Below, piece after piece: positions 34,451-44,263 of a stretch of DNA of 64,000 nt; positions within the stretch are counted from its first letter, which is position 1, and each line of letters begins with the position of its first letter. The notes beneath the pieces are model-generated. The model was not told where the DNA came from. It was given only the letters and a program-made list of their open reading frames with translations, and did not search any database. The stretch lies in the NCBI GenBank assembly GCA_023515795.1, contig JALGPX010000033.1:1-64000 (forward strand). Direction: 5' to 3'. The translations under genes and the position numbers were made by a program. This DNA is from Amoeboaphelidium occidentale (taxonomy: Eukaryota).

Positions 34451-36923
34451 ATGTGTGACAAGATCATTGTGAATCGCTTGGCTGTCCGAAACATCACAGG
34501 CGTCGACAATTGGGAGCGTGTCAAGCGCCAGCCAATTTACGTTACCGTGACAGTTTACACTGATATACGCGAGGTATATTTTGAAGATTCCTTCCGGGCT
34601 TACCTTCTAGGCTGGAAAGAAAGATGAGCTAAAGTGTTCGGTGCATTACGGAATTCTGTGCAAGCATATCATGGCATTCTCCGAAGCTTCGCATTACAGA
34701 ACAGTAGAGGCTCTTGGTTTGGGTATCATCCAGCATATCTTTCAAAGCTTTAATGAAGTTAATTTGGTTACTGTCAAAGTCGAGAAGCCAAAAGCATTGT
34801 TGCAAGCAAAGTCTGCTGGCGTTGAACTCACAAGACGTAGAGGTCAAGGAGAAGACAAGTCGCCAGACTCTCCTAACTTCTTGTATCCTTCAAATCCTGT
34901 TGTTTCGATGGTTAGAAGCTTGGATCATCAGGATGTTATATTTGTTAATCAGTTGGAAGCATTTGTTATCCTTGGTGTTAATCCATGGGAGCGCGAAGAA
35001 AAGCAAAGGATTACCATTGACTTGGTCATTTATCCCGAAGGAAGTTTCGAAGATTTAGGCGATCATGTCAAGAGACAGCACAATTACAGAACCATTTCTC
35101 GTGTGGTTCTGGATCTGGTTGAGGTTTCAAGATTTAAAACTGTTGAGGCATTGGTATCTTCGATAACAAATGTCTGTATTAAGACATGTCATGTTAAGAA
35201 AATCAAGGTTCGCGTTGATAAACCGAGTGCTCTCATATTTGCTGATTCCGCCTCAATTGAAGTTGTGCGTGAAAAGGATGAGACAAAGAATGTAAATACT
35301 TTGGAGAATAAGGTTATGAGCGACTGGCATGTATCATATATTGCATTTGGCTCTAATGTTGGAGACAGAGCTGCAAACATATCTAAAGCGATCGATTTAC
35401 TAAATGAAAACAGTGAATGCAAATTAGTGGATACTTCGTTCCTCTACGAAACTACTCCAATGTATGTTACTAATCAAGATACTTTTATAAATGGCTGTTT
35501 GAAGTTACTGACCAAGTTAGAGCCATTAAACCTGCTGAAACTTCTAAAAGATATCGAAAAGAAAGTTGGTAGAATTGAAAGAGAAAGAAACGGACCAAGA
35601 GAAGTGGATTTGGATATTTTACTGTATGATAATGTAGAAATGGACGAAACGGAATTGAAGATCCCTCATCCTCTTATGAAGGAAAGGGTGTTTGTTTTGC
35701 AGCCTTTATGTGACATTGCTCCTTTTGTTGAACATCCCTCTTTTCATAGACCATGCTCGCATTTATTAAAGATGAAATTGGAAAGCTTGAGAGATGTTTC
35801 CAAAGATAAGAAAGAGCTTGTAAAGAGAGTCACGCCATTAAAGAATGGCAATTTTGTTCAATGGGGTAATAGGACATTGGTAATGGGTATTATTAATGTT
35901 ACACCGGACAGTTTTAGCGGAGATGGGCCTCAATTTTTCGTTTCGCCTGAAAATCAGCGTGCTGCGGATGCTAGTTATGACTTTAATCGAATGCCTTCAC
36001 ATGTTAATGTTCCTCCATTACCTGCGGCCGATAAGGACAGAATTATAAAGCATATCAAAGAACTTGCTGCAAGCGGATGCGACATAATTGATATCGGTGG
36101 TTACTCAACAAGACCAAATGCAGCAGAAGTTTCCGTCGAAGAGGAATTAAGAAGGGTCCTTCCGATTATTCGATGCGTTGTGGATTCAGGAGTCAATATT
36201 CCAATATCCATCGATACTTTTAGAGCCAAAGTGGCGGAAGAAGCAGTTAAATGCGGAGCATCTATGATAAACGATGTTTCAGGAGGTAATTTAGACAACA
36301 AAATGTTGTCGACTATGTCCGAACTTGATGTTCCTGTTTGTCTAATGCATATGCGCGGAACACCAGAAACAATGACCACTCTCACAGATTACTCCATGTC
36401 ATCAACTGATTTGGGAAGACTGCATGTAATTGCTGGATCAGCTTACGACGACGAATCACTACCAGAACATTTGTCTCAAGACGATTTGAATGTTATCCGT
36501 GGAGTGAAACAGGAGCTTAGTCTTTCAGTAATGAATGGTTTACTAAGTGGCATAAAGCGATGGAACATTATCATGGATCCCGGTATTGGATTTGCCAAGA
36601 ATGCACAACAAAATATTGCTTTGTTGAAGCACTTTGATTTGCTGTTAAAAGAGCACACAGATTTTGTGTTTTCATCAAAATCAGATAATAATAATGAACT
36701 TCCTTACTGGAATAATTTGGCTGGTTTTCCAAGTTTAATAGGAGCATCTAGAAAGTCATTCATTGGAAAAGTAACTAACAAACCAGATGCAAAAGATAGA
36801 CTTTTTGGCACCGCGTCTGTCATTTCAGCAAGTGTATCTGTCGGTTCATCAATTGTTAGGGTGCATGACGTAAAAGAAATGGTAGATGTGGTAAAAATGT
36901 CAGATGCGATTTTCAGGGAATAA
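34451..36923 (+). CDS. FOL1: Trifunctional folate synthesis protein DHNA-DHNA-HPPK-DHPS (intron 34574-34610)
   Basis: Two DHNA domains (GVDNWER, GVNPWER), HPPK (AFGSNVGDR, GPREVDLDILLY), DHPS (MGIINVTPDSFS, STRP, MHMRG, DPGIGFAK, SRKSFIG, RVHDV). Confidence 0.97.
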
Positions 36924-37462
36924 AAGTTTATTTCATCATTCTAGTTCCTTCATTACCGTATTTGTCAAGAGGGTTAAAGCACATTGGGCAATTCTAAGAA
37001 GTTCAAAATCTCTGAGCAACGATGGCCTAAGTATATATCATCCAATGAATAACCCCTCGTAATATAAACAACTCAGTGCCCGTGTCTGTGAAGTTTTAAT
37101 CCATCTCTGTGTGAGTGGATCAATATTGGGTACAATCGCAGAAAAAAGCAGCAACAACGATATTCTCAATGATTGCTATGGTCCTTTCATAAAGCTGACT
37201 GACTTTTGTGAGTGTCCTGTGGTCTCCCCTAAAGTTATTCTTGGGGTTCTCCTTTTGGGTGCTGCTAATAACTTGATTCTTGTAACAAGCGAAATTTGAT
37301 TCTTCTGACAGTTACAGTTCGCATGACCAGAATTCTATTCAGTCATTCAGTAATTTTACCTGTGCAGGTTGGTATTTTTATTTGAATTAAAAATTCAGTT
37401 TTGCCTTGACCGACCGGTGACCAGTCCAGGTTTCGACTAATTGTTTGGGTGACCAATAAAGT

Positions 37463-39591
37463 TTACTTTAAGAGGTCCTCTAATTGTTTCGAACGTGCCT
37501 TGTACGCACCAGATGAATATGTGCTAGTAGCAGGGGATGCAACAGTTGAACGCGGAGACAACGTGGATGAAACAGGTAAACTGAAAGATTCCACTTCAGA
37601 CATGAGTTGATCGACTGAAACTTGCTTCGAAGAGGCAGTACTTCCGCGATGACTGCTGATATCTTTTCCATTAGAAACATTTAGAGCTGCGTGCTGTAGT
37701 TGAACTTGTTGCTGTTGTTTTAAAGCTGAAATGCCTTGCGTCATGTACAATCCAAAATCTTCTAGTCTCGTGACCAAGTTATCAAGTTGTTCATCCGCTT
37801 CGTGTAAGCTCTTTATCACTCTATCCCTTGAGGCCTCTGATATAGATCCATTTTGCTTCGATGACGGCAACAACTGATTCACTGTAGGCATATCTGGGGC
37901 TGACACGACAGATGGCTGCGATGACCAGGGGTTGAGTATGTCTTTATCCAGTTCAGAATCCATCCCACTTGTCATCAATACAGGCGTATTTGACGTAAGG
38001 CTTGTTTGCATCAGAATATCAGCTGCGTGGCCGTTACTAGCGACAGATAATTCTCGTATCTGCTTGATTGCGTCCTGTACATTTCGTTGAATGCTTCGAA
38101 CATGGTATATCTCTCCCTTTAATCGCTGTTGGATATCCTCTTCTTTAACCATATTATTTTGTTCAGATGTTTTAAACGATGAATTCGATGAAAAGATCTT
38201 GTGCGTTTCTGATGCTGTTTGATTGGGAGAAAAAGAACCACTCAAAGTGAGCGAAGTTACACCCTGCGCTGAAGTCGCAATATTCTTCAGCACGCTTTTC
38301 AGGAAAGCATTGGGACTTTTTCTGTTGTTTACACTAAGATCATCCCTGCTCAAACTCTTTGGTGTTTCTACAAAGTCAATATGACTTGGTTCAGCATTGG
38401 CATATCTGTTAAATATATCCTTGGCTTTGCGAGCAATATCAACAGGATCGTAATCCCGGGGGTATTTCATGAGAGTACGTAAAACCATACTTGTATCAAG
38501 GTCGTCCTTTAAAAGCTCTTGTTTCAATTCCAGCAAAAGTACAACCGAAACGCATTCAAGATAAAACTCAAAATTGGGCCTTGTCTCTTGTGCATAAGAA
38601 AAAACGTTATCCCATAATTGATAAATGTGTTTCAATGGATGTACAAACTCTCGCGAGAACAAAAGCCTTATCCATCGAATGCCGTAGATTTGAGGTTCAA
38701 TATTATCCTTTGTAAGAAAAGCAGACAATTCTGAGTCTACTCTCTTCAGTAAAACATTTTGAACATTTCTCAGTATTTTTGCAAGTGGTGTATTTTGTCT
38801 AGATGAATCTTGAGAAGATTTAAATAGAGCAGACTCATCAAATAGCTTTTTAGGCGAAGCTAAAGAACCTGTAGAGTAAAATGGCAGAAGCAGCTTGATA
38901 ATCTGTGTAAAAAGGTAAAATGCATCATGCTCAATGAATTCAGGCTGAAACAAATCGTGAACACATTCCAAGTCTTTTTCTTTGGGAACCTTTGAAGTAG
39001 ATTGCGACGCACTGTAGACGAGAAATATAAGAATTCCCAATATTTCGTGAAATCCCTGCCTGTAAACTGAGTCTTCGTTATCATTACTTCTGAGTTGCTG
39101 CTTGCAATATACCAAGAGAATATCGCACATCATGTCTTGCACCTCAGAAGTACCTTCAACCTCTTCGCCCTCTGAGTAAGTGCTCCCATTCTTACGAAAA
39201 AATGCTTCATCCGGAAATGTTCTTTCTACATCTTGCCTTATCAGCTTTTTCAATTCTTCGTTCCCAGCACCATCTTCATTGAAGCTAAGTGGATCCAAAT
39301 CATTTTTTATGGTGTTCTTATCTGGTAAGTACAGCCTTTTGTGTGAATTGTAATTGTAGCGCTCCTTTTTAATCAAATCTGTTGCTCCGTGAAGGCTATT
39401 GCAACCGGGGCTAAGATAACAGGTCCATAAAAGCAATCGCGACTTAAAACTCGTAGGTGAAAGCTTCCCAGAGTCCGTTAAACTACGCAGGTCTTCAATA
39501 CAGGTTATCTTCAAGAGATCTCGTAAAAGCCTACAAGAATTAAGTGCAAAGGCATTGGCGTGTATTACTTTAAATCTCCAGGGTCGTCCAT
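37463..39591 (-). CDS. TBC-domain RabGAP, TBC1D5-like (intron 39531-39568)
   Basis: IRQDVERTFP, YRQGFHEI, EHDAF.LF, IEPQIYGIRWIRLLFSREF. Start MDDPGDLK reconstructed across a 38-nt intron. Confidence 0.85.
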
Positions 39592-39764
39592 CGTTTTGGG
39601 AAATCAAGATGCAGTTGTTTCAGCCCTAAATCGTTGGGTTGCATATGCATGTTACGCTTAAACATATGCGTTTGCACGGCTATTGGCTATTCGGAGACAC
39701 TTTCATGGCGTTGCATTCGTAATGAGGTTCAGCGAAGGTTTTGTTTAACACATGTTCAGCCGAT

Positions 39765-41603
39765 ATGTTTCAGCGAGAACACAATAATGAACATTCAGTT
39801 TCCAAGCACAGAAACAACCGTCTGTATGCACTTGTCTTTATAATGCTTTTGATCATTGGGGGGTTTGTATTACATACTAAATTGATGCAAGACTCTAAAG
39901 ATGGTCAAGTTATTAAACATGAACATGATCATTCGAGTAAAGAAGATCAAGTAGAAGTGGTCGAGTTCTCTTCGGAAGAGTTGCCGTTAAACTTTCAGTT
40001 GGAAATGCTGGACAAAAAGAGTGTGAGCTTGAAGAACATTGATAAACTTCCAAATAGCGAAGGGGAAATATCGTATGATTTCATGGCGCTAGCTGACAAG
40101 TATGAGCCAGAACAAGCAGAAGAGGAGTACGAGCAAGGGTCTGAGTTGGATGAGCAGATGTCTGCATTCATGAAAGGAAACAGAAATAATCAAAGGCGAG
40201 GTATACAGGTTGGTGCGACCATATATGATAGCAACCCAATTGGCATTATAAAACACATATTTGAAGGTCTTCAAGCGCTTGATACTTCATTAGAAAATAC
40301 TCTGAGCATGTCAAAGTTCTTGCATTGTCTGCCGTCTCATTTAGTTTTGGGTGATCGGGAAGCGTTAGAACAAATCAGACATCTTATGAGACAAGTTTCA
40401 CACAAATTGAATCCAGATCAAGGCAAAAGAAAGCAAGTCAAATACGAGTATGATCACTCTGAATCAAGAGAGGACGAATACTCTGTTAATTCTGACTCTG
40501 AAAATTCGAAGGGTGAAAAATCGGGTCCAACTCGCAACATTCTCCAGGTTCCAAAAGAAGAAGTTCCATTCTTCACAGAAAAGGTCCCGTTTTGGCTAAA
40601 ATGGAGATCGAATCTGAAGCTGCCTAATTTATCATTGGTTGGCGTGTCTAATGCCATCATGAGACAATATGTCACGCAGAAAACTTTGAGCTTGAAGGAT
40701 AAAAGAGAAGGACTGGATGATCTCCCTCCCTCCATGGTAAGTCTAAGAGAATTGCTGTACTGGTATCAAGTTAAGTTCAGCGAGTATGACTTGTTCTTTG
40801 GCGATTGCGGAAGCCTTGAAGTAGGACGCCTATTTCGGGTCGATATCAACTCGAATTACTTGCATAATCCTTTAGCACCGTTCCTCGTTAAACTCTTTCT
40901 TTCGCCTTACACAAATATTACAATTATACTGAGAGATCCGTTTGAAACTTTGATTAACGACTACTTGGACGAACTGTGCGAAACGGATTGTTTGAAGAGT
41001 GATCAAGATTATATCATGGCAAGTCAAGAAATTCTAAAACGAATCAAGAACGATACATCACATATCTCAAAGTGTCTGCGGAGTGTTTCTATTAACGCCA
41101 CGCTGAATGTTAATGGTTCCGATTTTCTGTTTACGAAAACAAGCGTTAAATGTCTGTTTCCTGAAGATATTATCAAAAGTGATTACTTGAGCACTGAAAA
41201 TTTAAAGAAAATGTTGAATTTTGACGCCATACGTAGGAGCCTGCACGCTTCACTTATCAGATTGTGGACATTTTACTTTAATTCAAACCATATAACCTTA
41301 TTTTACATCTCTTCCAATGAAGTTTACAATCAGAAGCTACTTCATCTTTTTTCAAGTTCGTTTGGAATTGATTTCTCTGGTTACGAGTTCGGCCTGAAAG
41401 ATTTGAATAGCATGAAACAATCTCTTTATGATACATTAAGTTCGAGCGAAATTCCCCAAGTCAAATCGGCACTCAACGAAGCTCGGGAAGTGTTCAGCGA
41501 GCTCTTCAAATTTCAAATGGAAGAACTGGCCATAATTTTGACTAATCAAGTACGTTTCAATGTGGTCATGGAAGAATCTTCTACGCGCAACGTTGGATGC
41601 TAA
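39765..41603 (+). CDS. Type II membrane protein with degenerate sulfotransferase domain
   Basis: N-terminal anchor. LPNLSLVG, WYQVKF, DINSNYLHNPLAP, ITIILRDP, SLHASLIRLWTFYF and SFGI follow the order of PAPS-dependent sulfotransferase motifs, but the PSB KxGT is missing. Confidence 0.6.
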   Translation: MFQREHNNEHSVSKHRNNRLYALVFIMLLIIGGFVLHTKLMQDSKDGQVIKHEHDHSSKEDQVEVVEFSSEELPLNFQLEMLDKKSVSLKNIDKLPNSEGEISYDFMALADKYEPEQAEEEYEQGSELDEQMSAFMKGNRNNQRRGIQVGATIYDSNPIGIIKHIFEGLQALDTSLENTLSMSKFLHCLPSHLVLGDREALEQIRHLMRQVSHKLNPDQGKRKQVKYEYDHSESREDEYSVNSDSENSKGEKSGPTRNILQVPKEEVPFFTEKVPFWLKWRSNLKLPNLSLVGVSNAIMRQYVTQKTLSLKDKREGLDDLPPSMVSLRELLYWYQVKFSEYDLFFGDCGSLEVGRLFRVDINSNYLHNPLAPFLVKLFLSPYTNITIILRDPFETLINDYLDELCETDCLKSDQDYIMASQEILKRIKNDTSHISKCLRSVSINATLNVNGSDFLFTKTSVKCLFPEDIIKSDYLSTENLKKMLNFDAIRRSLHASLIRLWTFYFNSNHITLFYISSNEVYNQKLLHLFSSSFGIDFSGYEFGLKDLNSMKQSLYDTLSSSEIPQVKSALNEAREVFSELFKFQMEELAIILTNQVRFNVVMEESSTRNVGC

Positions 41604-41632
41604 AAATAGATTTTTCAATAATCATTTCCAAT

Positions 41633-42694
41633 ATGGTTCCCCGCTTCATTAATTATCTATTGGCACTATTATTAGTCTCTTGTGCAGTTAGTGGTGTTGG
41701 GTGTACTGAAACCCCATCTGCCACAACTGAGTTGAGCACCGATGAAACAACCTCTGCTCCAGTTACAACCATAATCGATTACTACTACGATTATGATAAC
41801 GCAACAGAGACAACCGCGAATTCAACAAGAATAAGAAGCACAAGAAGGAGGCCATCTACAACAAGATCGGTTGCTCTACCAACAACTACTCTTCCACCTC
41901 CACCGCCATCTGATTTTCTTGATCAAGCGCTGGAACAAGCTAAGAATCCCATAATTCTATATGGTGCAATTGGTGGAGCTGGTGCATTTCTATTCTTGGC
42001 AATTATTCTATGTTGCTGCTGCTATTACCGCTGCAGAGACCGTTACGGTGGGGATGATGATGAAGCAAATAAGAGTCAAAAGAAGCTAAAGAAGTTAAAG
42101 ACGAAAGTTGACAAGAAGCCTGAGGAAGATAATTCAATGATGAAGTCTTTGCCTTTACCTATTATGGTTGGCACGTCAAGCTTATCGTCCACACCGCCAC
42201 AGAATCAGTCTTCGCCGTTATTGAAGTCGTCATCCAGAAACTTGGGAGACATGCTGAAATCACCTTCATCAAATCTCGACAATTCAAAAGTTTCCAGCTC
42301 TTTCGGGTCACCTATGAGACCATCTCCGTTAGGAAACCCTTACAACAAAGCTCGTAGCGCTTCGACTGCATCCCAAACACGTCGACCAGGAGACGAAGAC
42401 AGAGGTTACAATGCTATTATGGATATTTTAAAGAAACAAAATGACACAGAATCTCCTGCTAATGGTCAGGCAACTGAGAATAAGGCAAGTGCTCCGGCTA
42501 AACTGGCTGTTCCTGAACCATCTATGACGAAATCTGCTTCAAGCGCATCAGCGGAATTTTCTGCTCCTACCACTAATGCACCTGCACCTCCTCGCCCTCA
42601 AACACGTGCTAGATCTTCCAGCGTTAAGCAGGATGTTAAGCAAATGGATGATATTCTTCATAGTCTGGATGACATGTTATCTGGCTTGAAGTAA
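41633..42694 (+). CDS. Single-pass type I membrane protein A (Thr-rich ectodomain, Cys-rich juxtamembrane)
   Basis: Signal peptide, TTIIDYYYDYD, STRRRP, TM followed by CCCCYYRC, disordered tail ending MDDILHSLDDMLSGLK. Confidence 0.8.
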   Translation: MVPRFINYLLALLLVSCAVSGVGCTETPSATTELSTDETTSAPVTTIIDYYYDYDNATETTANSTRIRSTRRRPSTTRSVALPTTTLPPPPPSDFLDQALEQAKNPIILYGAIGGAGAFLFLAIILCCCCYYRCRDRYGGDDDEANKSQKKLKKLKTKVDKKPEEDNSMMKSLPLPIMVGTSSLSSTPPQNQSSPLLKSSSRNLGDMLKSPSSNLDNSKVSSSFGSPMRPSPLGNPYNKARSASTASQTRRPGDEDRGYNAIMDILKKQNDTESPANGQATENKASAPAKLAVPEPSMTKSASSASAEFSAPTTNAPAPPRPQTRARSSSVKQDVKQMDDILHSLDDMLSGLK

Positions 42695-42726
42695 GAACAT
42701 CTATTAATAGAAATTTTCAACTTTCA

Positions 42727-44010
42727 ATGAGGTTGTTAGGCTTACTTGGAACACAATTATCACTTGCATTAATCGCGATATGTCTGTACGCCCCGGTAGG
42801 CTACACTACTGAAACAACCGCTTCTACTAAATTGGGCCAAACGACAGTCATTGAATATTACGATGAAACGACGGACACCACGAAGCCAACCGCAACCGAA
42901 AGACAAGTTATTACAAGAAGGCGGCCGAGGTCGACAATGTCCAATTCTGTGGCCTCTTCTCAGTTAGAAAGACTTCCCACAACATCTCCCGCGTTTGGCG
43001 ACTCGGTTTTTGATCCTCTCACAGATCAATTATCAAACTTTGAATGGTGGTGGTACATAATTTTTGGAACAGCTATTGCTATATTGCTACTTTGTTGCGT
43101 TGTGTGCTTAAGAAGTATTTGTAAATCTAGAGATGATTATGATGGCGATAAACCTCTGAAACTACAAAAACAGACTAGAATAAGAGCAAAAATGAAAGCA
43201 GAAATGCGCGCGAAAGCAGTACAGAAGATCAAAGCTTCATCTGCTGCTAATTCTAGGCAAAACCTAAACACCACAACTGATCAGAAACCTATTGTTGGAA
43301 AGAATCCGTTGACGCAAAGTTACTCAAAGTTCGAAGCTCCGGTTTTTGATAATCTTGATACTCTTCCATTTGGCAAACACAGCGGTACTGTAAGAGATGG
43401 AAATGCTCAGTCTTCGAACGAAATTGATAGGCCTCAAACGCCAACATCTGAACAAAGTAGCTCAAGGCGTACCTCCATGATTTTTAGCGTGGAAACAGAA
43501 ATTGATGGATATCGAAAAAATATGGCCACTGGTTCTGCATTTAGGCCTCGAGGGCAAAGTTCGTCATTCTCCGCTAATAACGGCACGGGACTTTTGTTAA
43601 GCAAGCCTGAGCCAAGACTGAAAAAATACAGCGTGTCTACAACACAACATGATCCATTCACGGCTAGAATTTCAAGATTAAGTCAACTCGAGCCATTGGT
43701 GCAGATAAATACTGATGCTCGCAAAACAGAAGAAACATTCGAGTCGTCTAGTGCTCTAGTCAAGCATGATATTCAAGGGCAACAAGAAAGCTCTAGTCAG
43801 CAAAGCCATATCCTGTCAGTAGAGCATACACAGCCGGTGGACGAGAGAAGTGCTAATGTTGATACCGCAGAAACACAGCAGAATGCACTAAACGTGTCAA
43901 CATCATCCTCACCTGAACCTGTGGTAATCGACGAAACAAATACTCAGCAGATAGAGCAGACTTTTGATGATATCTTCAGCCAACTAGATGAGCTCACGAA
44001 AGGATTGTGA
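42727..44010 (+). CDS. Single-pass type I membrane protein B (paralog of A)
   Basis: Signal peptide, TTVIEYYDE, TRRRPR, TM followed by CCVVC, tail ending FDDIFSQLDELTKGL. Confidence 0.8.
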   Translation: MRLLGLLGTQLSLALIAICLYAPVGYTTETTASTKLGQTTVIEYYDETTDTTKPTATERQVITRRRPRSTMSNSVASSQLERLPTTSPAFGDSVFDPLTDQLSNFEWWWYIIFGTAIAILLLCCVVCLRSICKSRDDYDGDKPLKLQKQTRIRAKMKAEMRAKAVQKIKASSAANSRQNLNTTTDQKPIVGKNPLTQSYSKFEAPVFDNLDTLPFGKHSGTVRDGNAQSSNEIDRPQTPTSEQSSSRRTSMIFSVETEIDGYRKNMATGSAFRPRGQSSSFSANNGTGLLLSKPEPRLKKYSVSTTQHDPFTARISRLSQLEPLVQINTDARKTEETFESSSALVKHDIQGQQESSSQQSHILSVEHTQPVDERSANVDTAETQQNALNVSTSSSPEPVVIDETNTQQIEQTFDDIFSQLDELTKGL

Positions 44011-44263
44011 TTATAGAAACAGAATAAACTTCGATCTGTTTATGAATGCAATTCAAGCAAGCTGTTTCAACATGGCTTCATGACAACATAGACTAGACGG
44101 TTTATCTGGAATAATGAAAGTAATACAAATTGCTGCACCACTTGTTTATTACGCGGCGAGTCAAAAGAAAATGCGGATACAGCAAGTGTGAGCCTTGTCT
44201 CGAGAAAATCTATTTATATCACATCATCTGCAAAGTGTTTGGTGTTCTCCCTAATCTACCACA

